From positions 8,928-72,927 of the IMG/VR virus record IMGVR_UViG_3300017971_000276: a DNA stretch of 64,000 nucleotides, one strand, 5' to 3'. Below, piece by piece: positions 38,794-48,315 of this stretch. Under the pieces are notes generated by a model. It made no database searches. It saw only the letters and a list, made by a program, of their open reading frames with translations, and had not been told where the DNA came from. Position 1 is the stretch's first letter. Each line of letters begins with the position of its first letter. A program made the position numbers and the translations under genes. The DNA comes from a virus.

Positions 38794-40053
38794 ATGGCCT
38801 TTTTTGAAAGAACACAAAGAGACATTGTATCTGATGCTCTTGAGAATTTAAGCAGGACTACAAATATTACTCAGCTTGCTCCGGGGGCAAAGGCAAGATT
38901 TATTTTAGATAGTGTCGCCCAAGAGCAAGCTAACCAACATCGTATATTTGACGTTAACCTAATGCAGGCTTTTATTAAATATTCTGATGGCAAGTTTCTT
39001 GATTTCTTTGGGGATATGATGTCTCTTCCTCGCCGAGAGCCTACACATGCTGCTGACGATGGGGAGAACTTTATGTTCTATGTTAGCACTGGAACTTTTG
39101 GTAGTATCAATGGAGGGGCAAACTTTACCATCCCTGCTGGCACAACTGTTCAAACTGTACCGTATGAGGGATCTGTAATCACTCCAGGTATTGAGAACCA
39201 GGCTGTTATACGTTACACAACTACATCACAAGCAGTTGCAGAAGCAGGACAGTCTTTTGTCTATGTACCAGTTCGTGCCATGCTTGAAGGAAGAAATTCT
39301 GATGTCCCTCGGAATGTCTTAAACAAGCACCAATTCCAAAGTTATTTATCTTCTCAAAATGAGAGTTTAAAATGTACGAATCGCTATGCGATTTCAAATG
39401 GAGAGGATAGAGAGACTGACGACTCTTATCGATTCCGACTTTCAGAAGTTTTTGAAGCAAAAAATTTATCTGTATATGCTGCTATTCGTCTTGCTGCTTT
39501 GAGCGTCCCTGGTGTCGCAGATATTACAAGCGTTTTAGCAGAGCAAGGTCCAGGTACATATTCTATTTACATCAAAGGACTTACCCCAACAACAAGCCCT
39601 AAGTTATTGAGCGAAGTAACTGCAGCCTGTCAGAGTGTTTCTTCTTTTGGTGTTAGGCCATTTGTTTTAGCTCCTTCTCCTATCGGACTAGAATTGGTTG
39701 CTGCTGTTACTTGGAATCCAAGAGCAACTACAGCACAGATAGCTGCTGGCTATAGAGACATGAGAAATGCTCTTGAGAACTATTTAAACAATACAGACAT
39801 TGGTCAAGTGGTTTATTTTTCTGATATTGTTGATCTTTTGCTACAGGCTTCTCCCTATGCATTTAGCATTGGAGCAACAAACTCTAACCAGTTTGAAGAG
39901 GTTTATGCCTATAGAAGTGACCCTATTAAACAAGGGACAGTAAGAAATATTGTTGTAGGAGACAAGATTGAACCATTATATAATGAAAGAGTCATCTTAG
40001 AAACCTCTGGCCGACATAGAGGTATCCAATTCATGACTAGGAGTCGAGTATAA
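38794..40053 (+). CDS. Baseplate J-like wedge protein
   Basis: GKFLDFFG, FTIPAGTTV, NGEDRETDDSYRFRL, AALSVPGVAD. Confidence 0.88.
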   Translation: MAFFERTQRDIVSDALENLSRTTNITQLAPGAKARFILDSVAQEQANQHRIFDVNLMQAFIKYSDGKFLDFFGDMMSLPRREPTHAADDGENFMFYVSTGTFGSINGGANFTIPAGTTVQTVPYEGSVITPGIENQAVIRYTTTSQAVAEAGQSFVYVPVRAMLEGRNSDVPRNVLNKHQFQSYLSSQNESLKCTNRYAISNGEDRETDDSYRFRLSEVFEAKNLSVYAAIRLAALSVPGVADITSVLAEQGPGTYSIYIKGLTPTTSPKLLSEVTAACQSVSSFGVRPFVLAPSPIGLELVAAVTWNPRATTAQIAAGYRDMRNALENYLNNTDIGQVVYFSDIVDLLLQASPYAFSIGATNSNQFEEVYAYRSDPIKQGTVRNIVVGDKIEPLYNERVILETSGRHRGIQFMTRSRV

Positions 40054-41690
40054 TGGCACTCGGAACGTATCCCAGTAGACGTTATTCTAAATCATGGATA
40101 ACTCAAAGGATTGTCAATAGAGCACCCGAATGGGCACACATAAGGAAAAGCCCTGTCTCTGTTGGTCAACAATTATTAAATCCTTTGTCTTTATATATTC
40201 AAGATACCATCCAACAATTAACCAAAGAACGTTTTAATATGTTTGCTTCTTCTGCGGATTTAAATGAAGTCGATATCCTTTATCGTTTAGATTTGCCAGA
40301 CGAAATGGAGTTTACTTCTAGTCAAGATTCTTCTGGTGTTGCTACTTATACTCCTCCACATGTATACGCCACAATAAGCGGATCTGAATATGAGATCACT
40401 CAAGCAGAGTATAATAATATAGAGACATTAGCATATGACTGTATAGCTTCAAGAGTTGCTGATGGAGAAGTTTCTTATTCTTATTCAGAAGTAATCCCTC
40501 GTACTACTATTGAAAACCTTGCAAGTATTTCTCCTGGAACAATTGTTGTTAATGGGCATTTATATATTACTCTTGAAGACAATGAGACATGGGAAGAAAG
40601 ATCTGCTGATCGTATCTATTATGTAAAATGTTATATTACTGGTGTAACTAGAAAAGGGACTGAAGTTACAGAAGCAGTGCCATTAAGATACAATGGGACT
40701 TTCAAAACAGTGAATGAGTGGCAAAGTGTTACATCTGTAATGGTTAGCTATGCTGATGCTGAAGCATATCTTACAATAGAAACTTTTCCGTGGAATAGAG
40801 ATGGTCATTTAGATTCCCAAAATATTCTAGTCCCTCCAACTGGAGGAGAGAGACCATTGTTTGTTGATCTTAGCTCTAGGTCTTGGGGCTCTACGTTAGT
40901 AGGAAAAGGCTTTACAGTTAGTGACTTTGACATTATTCGATCTGGAATAGAAGAGAAAGAAGTCTTTTATGAGATTGAATTGCTTGACCAAAGTGGCTCA
41001 AACATCACTCTTAATGGATTCGTTCTAAAACCTAATAGCAGATTCATGTATGCGGTTGATGATAATAATTTATACATCTATGATACCTCTCTTGAATTTC
41101 CTGACACAAGAGGTTTAGAAGAAGATTCTCCAGAAACAAAAATTGACTTATGGTCAGACCGCTGGATTAACATGAGAGGAGACACAGCAAAGTTAAGAAC
41201 AAGGAATAATGCAGTGTTGGATCCTCCTTCTAGATTTAGATGGCACATGTTAGACCCAGATGGCAATGAATATTATATAGACACTAATGGCGTTCTTTGG
41301 CCAACAACAACAGATGCCTGGATTGAGAATAGCAAATGGAACGATGGTCTATTTGATGAGCAAGAAATTTCTTTGTCTTTTACTAAAAACGGTGTTTATG
41401 TAATTACATTTGAGTCTCAATATTGGGATGATAAATTTTCTGTTTCTGCAACATATAAAACAAAATATTTGTTCTTTGTTCCTTCTATCAGACCAGAAGC
41501 ACAGTTCTCATTGCCAATTGGACTTGTAGAGCCAGAAGAGATTGGGATTGATTCTGATTTGCGAGTCTGGCTAAAACGATATGGTTCTGTTCATTTATTG
41601 AATGTCTTCCATGATTATTTTTTGGTTGATTATCAAAACAAAAGAATTTGGTGCAAAGAGCAATATCCATCTATACGGGTGACAACATAA
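40053..41690 (+). CDS. Hypothetical baseplate protein
   Basis: 545 aa, TAATG-coupled to baseplate J. Confidence 0.65.
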   Translation: MALGTYPSRRYSKSWITQRIVNRAPEWAHIRKSPVSVGQQLLNPLSLYIQDTIQQLTKERFNMFASSADLNEVDILYRLDLPDEMEFTSSQDSSGVATYTPPHVYATISGSEYEITQAEYNNIETLAYDCIASRVADGEVSYSYSEVIPRTTIENLASISPGTIVVNGHLYITLEDNETWEERSADRIYYVKCYITGVTRKGTEVTEAVPLRYNGTFKTVNEWQSVTSVMVSYADAEAYLTIETFPWNRDGHLDSQNILVPPTGGERPLFVDLSSRSWGSTLVGKGFTVSDFDIIRSGIEEKEVFYEIELLDQSGSNITLNGFVLKPNSRFMYAVDDNNLYIYDTSLEFPDTRGLEEDSPETKIDLWSDRWINMRGDTAKLRTRNNAVLDPPSRFRWHMLDPDGNEYYIDTNGVLWPTTTDAWIENSKWNDGLFDEQEISLSFTKNGVYVITFESQYWDDKFSVSATYKTKYLFFVPSIRPEAQFSLPIGLVEPEEIGIDSDLRVWLKRYGSVHLLNVFHDYFLVDYQNKRIWCKEQYPSIRVTT

Positions 41691-42640
41691 TGGGCAACAA
41701 TGTAAAATTTCAAGGATTCTCGTTTCTTATTGAAGTTCCTTCTGAATACACTGGGACTCCAGAGGCAAAGAATATTGTTAATCATTTTGATTTGACTTCT
41801 GATCTTGTTTCATTGAATAGGATAGAGGGAGAATCAAATATTGATTTTAAACAAAGAATTATGGATGTTGCTGTTCATCCAGGCGGGGGAACATATGATG
41901 GTGTTATAAATGGCATTACCCGTGCCCTCGGATATGCTCGTGAGAAAGCAATCAAGATAGAGTTAGCTCTTGATAGCTCTGGCGACCCTATTGCTAGGAA
42001 TCCTAGAGTAGAAATTTTATCTAATAAAGTTATCTTGTACAGCGATCATCGTCCAGACGGGACTCAAACAATAGACAAGACTATTCGTATTTACCAACCT
42101 GAAGACGCAGGATATTTTGTCGAAGATTTAGTATCCCAAATTAATTCTTCTCAATGTTTTACAGCAAGTGCCTATAGCGGAATTCGTCCTAACATGCACT
42201 CTACTAATCTGGTAAGAGGAAATACAGATCTTTATATTCAAGGGGATCCTCTAATAACAGACACCCGTACCATCTTGTCGGCTCAAAACATAGTAGAAGG
42301 AAGTTTCGTTTTTGATGAAGACGATCTTTTCCAAACAGAGGTAACGACAACACCAAGCGCAGAAGGGGAGTATATGATCGACAGGGTCAATGGGAAGTTC
42401 TATACTTACTCTATTCCTCAAGGAGATCTTGGAGTCTCTTATCATGCTGGTGTTTTTCCATTTGAAGTAGACTATAGTCCTATAAAGATTTATACTCTTC
42501 AAGATGATGATTTCCAATATGAGCTCTTCGATCATGAAACTCTTGACTCAGGAGAGGAAGCAAATGCTCTTCCGAATCGAGAAGGTTCTGAAATCTACCA
42601 CCAGCTGTTTGACGAAACAGAAGTATTCTGGGGCGAATAA
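41690..42640 (+). CDS. Putative baseplate wedge protein (gpI-like N-terminus)
   Basis: Likely start ATG 41690 (TAATG); LNRIEGESNIDFKQRI...GTYDGVINGI motif. Confidence 0.55.
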   Translation: MGNNVKFQGFSFLIEVPSEYTGTPEAKNIVNHFDLTSDLVSLNRIEGESNIDFKQRIMDVAVHPGGGTYDGVINGITRALGYAREKAIKIELALDSSGDPIARNPRVEILSNKVILYSDHRPDGTQTIDKTIRIYQPEDAGYFVEDLVSQINSSQCFTASAYSGIRPNMHSTNLVRGNTDLYIQGDPLITDTRTILSAQNIVEGSFVFDEDDLFQTEVTTTPSAEGEYMIDRVNGKFYTYSIPQGDLGVSYHAGVFPFEVDYSPIKIYTLQDDDFQYELFDHETLDSGEEANALPNREGSEIYHQLFDETEVFWGE

Positions 42641-44923
42641 ATGACAATTTCAAGATCAACAATAAACGTGACCACAAAACAAATTGTCACCCGTGAAATG
42701 AGCACAAAACCATATGTTGGTTTTGAACATTTGACTGAGACTCCAGATGGATGGCGCTTTGATATCAAAAGATGGTGTAGCCCATTTGATCTAAGACTTC
42801 CCAGCCTCCCCCGTTTATCTGACCCTTCTACTCAAGGCATCTCTGCTTCTGAATACTTTAGGTCTGGAGTTGGTTCCGCTAGTTTAGGAGATTTGTTTGT
42901 TGAGGATTTTGAAGAAGTTTTAAGAGCAGGAGAAAGACATTGGTATCCAGAAGTCAGGCATGGCTCGTATTATAGATATAACACAGACTATTTCTATTAT
43001 GGAGACAATAGCCGAGTTCAATATATTGATCCAACAGAGAATAGGTCTGGAAGAAATTATATTGAGTTGGATAAAATGCCGGATGTTAGCTCTCCAGTTC
43101 TTGCTGCTACATTTAAGCGCAACCATTTAAAAGAATCTATTTACAAGACTAGGATTGCTCAAAGGTATCAGTTCACTGGCACTTATAGCGGAGGTATAGA
43201 ATTAGATACTGTTTCTGATATAGGCAAAATTAATTGGTCAAATGTAGACATGACCAAGAAAGAATTTATTGTAGACCATACGATAGACAATCTTACAAGG
43301 CTTTGGTTTAACAGAGACTATACTGAAACCTTTGGTGTTGTGCCTGCAACATATCAAGATCTAGGGGCTTGTGAGTATATTGGACTATCAACTGGCACTC
43401 CCTATCAATTGTTCTATCTTCCATATTTCCCAGTTCTAGCAAATGATTCTTTCCATTTGTATGTCGCAACAAATAATACTTGGGAGGAATGGACAAGAGT
43501 AGATTCTTGGTGGGAGCTTATTTCTACAGACTGGTCTTACCAAACAAGAAATAGGTATTTTTTAGATAAGGATCTTGGCATAGTTTATTTTGGTTCTGCT
43601 GAAAACGGCGGGGTCCCTCCAATTGGCAGGCATCTTGTAGCGACTTTCAAAACAACTTTAAGAATTGAATATGAAGAGTTAAGTCGCGAAACAAAAATCA
43701 TTGCAAAAGATGCTGATGTTAATCCTGTTACTCAGTCTGTAAATCAAGGGTTCGTTTGTATCTCTCATGCAGATCTTGAGGCAGCAGGGATAACTCTATC
43801 TATTGATAAACAAAAAATCATTGGAACTTCAGATCCAGTAGAGTATGGCCCAGTTACTGTTGGCTCAGACTATGCGATCTTAAAAGCTCATGTAACAACT
43901 TCTTCTGGATTGCCAGCAGCAAATATTGAAGTGGGATTTGAAATGAGTCCACAAGACATTGGCTATCTTGCAGGATCTAGTTCGTCTGTTGCAGCTACAG
44001 ATTCTTCTGGAGATGCATATACTAATTATCAGCCTCCTTCCTCTGCAGACTCCTTAGGGTTTTATACAAAGACAGTAAGGAATTCTACACACCCTTATTA
44101 TCCTGGAGAGAGAGAAGTCATTCTTAAAGTCTCTGACCCTGGTCTCCAAGGTAAAGAAGATGAGATATATCTTTATCAAATCTTAAAAGATGATCCGATT
44201 ATGGGATATGAGACAGTAGATGATTTCTTGTTGAATCTATACTATCAACAGACTCCTGTGTGGGTTCAAGATTCCACTGACTATGCTCGATGGAGTCAAG
44301 AGATGATTCAAGAATATGAATTAGAAGAATGGGTTAATTCGACAGAAGGCACCGAGATGAATGGCAGGAAGGTTGTTGTTTACCAAATTAGCGGAGCAGA
44401 CAATACAGACTCTTATGCTATAAATCCTGTGACCGGGCTTGCTGGAGCAGTTGTTCCTGTTCGACCTTATTTGGTTGAACAAATTAATGATGCAACTGAT
44501 CCTTACAATGGGTATTGGAGATTAATTTATCCTGCTGGGGCAATTTTAGACTGTGGTCCAACTTCTACTTATGATGTTGGCGGATACTGGGTTGCTTCAA
44601 GTAGAGTGGTTTCATTTCAAGCACATTGTTGGAGTCCGTATTATAATAGATATATCTATAGTAATACTATAACGGCTCGTGTTAGCTTGCCACAATATTT
44701 ACTTGGCGAATACTTAAACGATCTCGGAAAAATTCCATTTGGATGGAAAGTACTTACTGATACAGACAATGTTGCAGCTGGTCTAGATGGTGCGACATTT
44801 ATTACAATTAATCCACACGATGGCCCATATGAAGTCATTGACTTAGTTGGTGGAACTGGTGGAACCGGAGAATGGGCAGACGCCCCATTTAGAACACTGA
44901 GCTTCGGCTTCACAATCCTATAG
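42641..44923 (+). CDS. Hypothetical baseplate protein with Ig-like segment
   Basis: 760 aa; YFLDKDLGIVYFG..NGGVPP (wedge-like) and LKAHVTTSSGLPAANIEVGF...TDSSGDA (Big_1-like). Confidence 0.6.
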   Translation: MTISRSTINVTTKQIVTREMSTKPYVGFEHLTETPDGWRFDIKRWCSPFDLRLPSLPRLSDPSTQGISASEYFRSGVGSASLGDLFVEDFEEVLRAGERHWYPEVRHGSYYRYNTDYFYYGDNSRVQYIDPTENRSGRNYIELDKMPDVSSPVLAATFKRNHLKESIYKTRIAQRYQFTGTYSGGIELDTVSDIGKINWSNVDMTKKEFIVDHTIDNLTRLWFNRDYTETFGVVPATYQDLGACEYIGLSTGTPYQLFYLPYFPVLANDSFHLYVATNNTWEEWTRVDSWWELISTDWSYQTRNRYFLDKDLGIVYFGSAENGGVPPIGRHLVATFKTTLRIEYEELSRETKIIAKDADVNPVTQSVNQGFVCISHADLEAAGITLSIDKQKIIGTSDPVEYGPVTVGSDYAILKAHVTTSSGLPAANIEVGFEMSPQDIGYLAGSSSSVAATDSSGDAYTNYQPPSSADSLGFYTKTVRNSTHPYYPGEREVILKVSDPGLQGKEDEIYLYQILKDDPIMGYETVDDFLLNLYYQQTPVWVQDSTDYARWSQEMIQEYELEEWVNSTEGTEMNGRKVVVYQISGADNTDSYAINPVTGLAGAVVPVRPYLVEQINDATDPYNGYWRLIYPAGAILDCGPTSTYDVGGYWVASSRVVSFQAHCWSPYYNRYIYSNTITARVSLPQYLLGEYLNDLGKIPFGWKVLTDTDNVAAGLDGATFITINPHDGPYEVIDLVGGTGGTGEWADAPFRTLSFGFTIL

Positions 44924-44931
44924 GAGTTATT

Positions 44932-47900
44932 ATGAGTAGAGACCAAATGCAAGATGTTTTCCCTATTGTCTTTGATTTCAAGAAGGGCGAGCAACCAACA
45001 GCAGAAAAGCTCTCTGGGCTTGTTAAGCATGTCGATGGTGGCTTTGGCAGGATCACTCAAGGTGTTGGAGACCCTTGGGACTACCAAGCTCATACGGGCT
45101 CTGGTGGGGCTTTTGATCTAAGTCTTGAAAACCTAGGACAGTCTAGTCTGGCTAGAATTATTGGTCCTTCAGATTGGCTTTCTCCGTCTGCAAGTGATTG
45201 GAATCAGGCAGCAATAGGAACAGTCTCACTATCTCAAGACAGGAACCAATGGACACTAGGATTCCCTCTTGTCAAGGTCACTTCTGATATTAACGAGACT
45301 AGTCAGGTGTCTGGGAGTGTAACTCCTTTGGCATGGGGCTCTGAGATCCTTGTAACTCAGGATACAGGAAGTGTTCTTAATAATAGAGTAGCTTCTCCTT
45401 ATCTTGTTGTCTCTGATGGGGATTTTTATGTTGACTTTTATAAAGGAACAATTACTTCTTATAAAGTACCAACGAATACGATTAAGCTAGCTTTTGTTGG
45501 TATTCATATGTTTGGGCCTGGTGTCCCTTGGGGTACTCACAATGTAATCCCTACCTGGGAACAAAGTGTTTTATGCAATGTGACAAAGACACATGATGCA
45601 GGAAGCAATAGCTATTATACTCTTACCTTGCCAACATTTAGCAATCAGACAAGGTACTCTCATCTTCCGTCTTTTGGACAAAGTACTTTTGGTTCTGGTG
45701 CAGGTAGTGATACTTCTTGGACTCTGGTTCCTGGCTCCCTTTCTACTTATCGATTGCCCGCAGCATTAACAGGAGCGAGCTTGTCTGCAGGAGACACAGT
45801 CCCTGAAGGTTATTGTTTGTTATGGCAAGGAGATGCAGATGGAAGAGTAATTCCTCAGGTAGAATTCCAATATCTAAGTGCAACAACTATGACATTGGTA
45901 ACCCCAATAGACTGGTTGAACGAGGGAGATAATTATCGTCTTATTATTTCTGGAACAAGTGCTGCCGAAGCAATTAACTATCTGTTTCAAATCTCACGAA
46001 ATAATGAGCATGTAGGGCTCACTGACAACCCTACAGTCGGGTATACAATTCCTTTATCTCATGACAATCTACAAGACAGATATACCTCTAATATTAATTC
46101 TGCTCTTACTGATGTAGACAGATGGAAGTTTAGAGAGTCTGATTATGGTACTAATTGTCACCCTCAGTATATTCATCGAGGCGGTTATATGACTGATGAT
46201 GCTGATGGGAATAGTGCCAATGCCATGAGAGGCGCTTTAGCAATGGCAGGAGATATTGATGCCAACTTCTATCTTGGCACTGCTTTATATATGGGAGGAC
46301 TTTATAAAACAGCCGCTTTGTCTTTTGGTGGTGGCTCAGTAGACGAAAGAGATCAATATTCTAATGCAATGATAAGGCTAGATGGTACTTTTATAACAAC
46401 AACATATGATTCTTGGTCTTCAGGGATTGCTAAGCGCACACCATTTAGTTTGAATGGGACAGGAGCCGAATCAGATGTTGGATATGATTATGTAGCTCTT
46501 GGTGCTTTGTCTGTTTATCCTTCTCTATGTGCTCCATTATATTTAAGAGGTCATTATCCAGGAGGATCTTATGATGAAACTAAAAATGGTGCAGTTCTTG
46601 GATTTGATTTAGGTCAACGAAATGAAGCCAACTATGTCCGCTTGATGGAGAGTACACGTAGTGGCCTGAATGATGCTATCCATCAGCCTGCAAACACAGG
46701 ACAGTCTTCTACTAGTGCGTTGTCTATTATGCCTGGTTTAAGTGCGGTATCAGGCTTTAAAAGAATTTCTGACGAGCAGGTTCGTGAGTTTAGGTTTCGT
46801 GGAGTCCCTTATGTTTCAAGTGCGACTAACACAACAGATGCTCTAGGTGGTGCAACAATCAGAGGTGCTGGCTCTAATATTCCAGAATTTGAACATCACT
46901 TTACTTCTCCTAGTATTCTTGGTGCAGACTTCCTTAATGTTTATTCAAATGCAATCTTCTTCTCTGACACAGGAGATGGCAAGACAACTTCATTTACAGA
47001 CAATGGAACTGGCTGGTTAAATGGCAATTCTGGTGTTGGTACAGGATATACTCATACTCCTTCTGGACTTTATTATATCCCTGACACAGCAACAGTAAAT
47101 GGTTATTTGTCTTTCTATCAATGGGACACAGCAATTGGAAACGCAACCAATTGTTTCTCTGTTGGTCATGATCATGGGATGTATTACCAAGGAGCTAACA
47201 CACAGCTTATTCAAGGGAGTACTCCTACTAATCGATTAGCACATAAAGTATTATTAGATCTTACTACTTCAAAGTGTAGCCTATGGAGTCTTGGAAGTTC
47301 TAGCTCTTCTTTGTATATTGGTACAAGCGATACTGATGATACGACTGGCTGGCTAGCTAACATGGCTAATATAGCTGCTGGCAATTCTGTAAATGTATTA
47401 TCTCATGGTGGAGGGATTTCTCTAAGCGCAATGACAGAGACAGGCGGTTCTAGTAGAGACATCTATATTAGAACCTTCCATGCTAATGCAGCTGATACTT
47501 CTGGCAATGTTAACATTAGCAGTGAGGATTCAGATGTTATTGTTAATGCTGGCGATGCGATAGCCATGACATCAACAACAACAATGGCAATTGGCGCAGG
47601 CACTACAACAAATATTTATGGCAATGGTAATATTTCTTTAACTTCTGGATCTGGAGCAGATATCTTATTTGATTCTGGAGAAGATATTGTTTCTACTCCT
47701 GTTGGTGAATTTAGAGTTGGGGATTCTGCTTTAAGTGGCAGCAATACAACAACTAGCATTAACCTTTATGCAAGAACCGGAGCGAATATCTTAACTGGAC
47801 ATTCTGCTATCTCTAGTGCAGATATTACTATCTCTGGGTATGGAGACATTCTCCTATATTCTAGGCATAGCTCTAATGACATAGAAGCGAGAAGTTATCA

Positions 47901-48315
47901 TGATGTTATACTCTCTCCTAGTTATACTGACGTGACTGGTGCTGGAGGAGATCTGATTTTTAATAATCTTGTCGTTGGTACTGCTTCTGCTACTTTAACA
48001 ATTGCTGCAAGTGGAGAAGTAAGAAGAACTTCTTCTTCTAGAATAACAAAACAAAACATAAGTAGTTTAGAAAATGCCGATTGGATTTATGACTTAAATC
48101 CTGTTTCTTTTGAATTTAAAAACGATCCTTCTCAGCCCCATTATGGCTTCATAGCAGATGAAGTACATCGTGCAAATCCTATTGCTGCCTATATGCCAGC
48201 AGAAGAAAAAGATCAAAATGTTTTTTATAACTCTATTTTTTCTGCTTTAGTAAAAGCAGTTCAAGATCAAAAGAAAGAAATCGAAGATCTAAAATCCCAA
48301 TTAGAGAGTAAATAA
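44932..48315 (+). CDS. Tail fibre/spike with C-terminal intramolecular chaperone (Peptidase S74)
   Basis: 1127 aa, Gly/Ser/Thr-rich beta repeats; SSSRITKQNI...LNPVSFEFK...GFIADEV...LVKAVQ and a terminal coiled coil. Confidence 0.85.
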   Translation: MSRDQMQDVFPIVFDFKKGEQPTAEKLSGLVKHVDGGFGRITQGVGDPWDYQAHTGSGGAFDLSLENLGQSSLARIIGPSDWLSPSASDWNQAAIGTVSLSQDRNQWTLGFPLVKVTSDINETSQVSGSVTPLAWGSEILVTQDTGSVLNNRVASPYLVVSDGDFYVDFYKGTITSYKVPTNTIKLAFVGIHMFGPGVPWGTHNVIPTWEQSVLCNVTKTHDAGSNSYYTLTLPTFSNQTRYSHLPSFGQSTFGSGAGSDTSWTLVPGSLSTYRLPAALTGASLSAGDTVPEGYCLLWQGDADGRVIPQVEFQYLSATTMTLVTPIDWLNEGDNYRLIISGTSAAEAINYLFQISRNNEHVGLTDNPTVGYTIPLSHDNLQDRYTSNINSALTDVDRWKFRESDYGTNCHPQYIHRGGYMTDDADGNSANAMRGALAMAGDIDANFYLGTALYMGGLYKTAALSFGGGSVDERDQYSNAMIRLDGTFITTTYDSWSSGIAKRTPFSLNGTGAESDVGYDYVALGALSVYPSLCAPLYLRGHYPGGSYDETKNGAVLGFDLGQRNEANYVRLMESTRSGLNDAIHQPANTGQSSTSALSIMPGLSAVSGFKRISDEQVREFRFRGVPYVSSATNTTDALGGATIRGAGSNIPEFEHHFTSPSILGADFLNVYSNAIFFSDTGDGKTTSFTDNGTGWLNGNSGVGTGYTHTPSGLYYIPDTATVNGYLSFYQWDTAIGNATNCFSVGHDHGMYYQGANTQLIQGSTPTNRLAHKVLLDLTTSKCSLWSLGSSSSSLYIGTSDTDDTTGWLANMANIAAGNSVNVLSHGGGISLSAMTETGGSSRDIYIRTFHANAADTSGNVNISSEDSDVIVNAGDAIAMTSTTTMAIGAGTTTNIYGNGNISLTSGSGADILFDSGEDIVSTPVGEFRVGDSALSGSNTTTSINLYARTGANILTGHSAISSADITISGYGDILLYSRHSSNDIEARSYHDVILSPSYTDVTGAGGDLIFNNLVVGTASATLTIAASGEVRRTSSSRITKQNISSLENADWIYDLNPVSFEFKNDPSQPHYGFIADEVHRANPIAAYMPAEEKDQNVFYNSIFSALVKAVQDQKKEIEDLKSQLESK

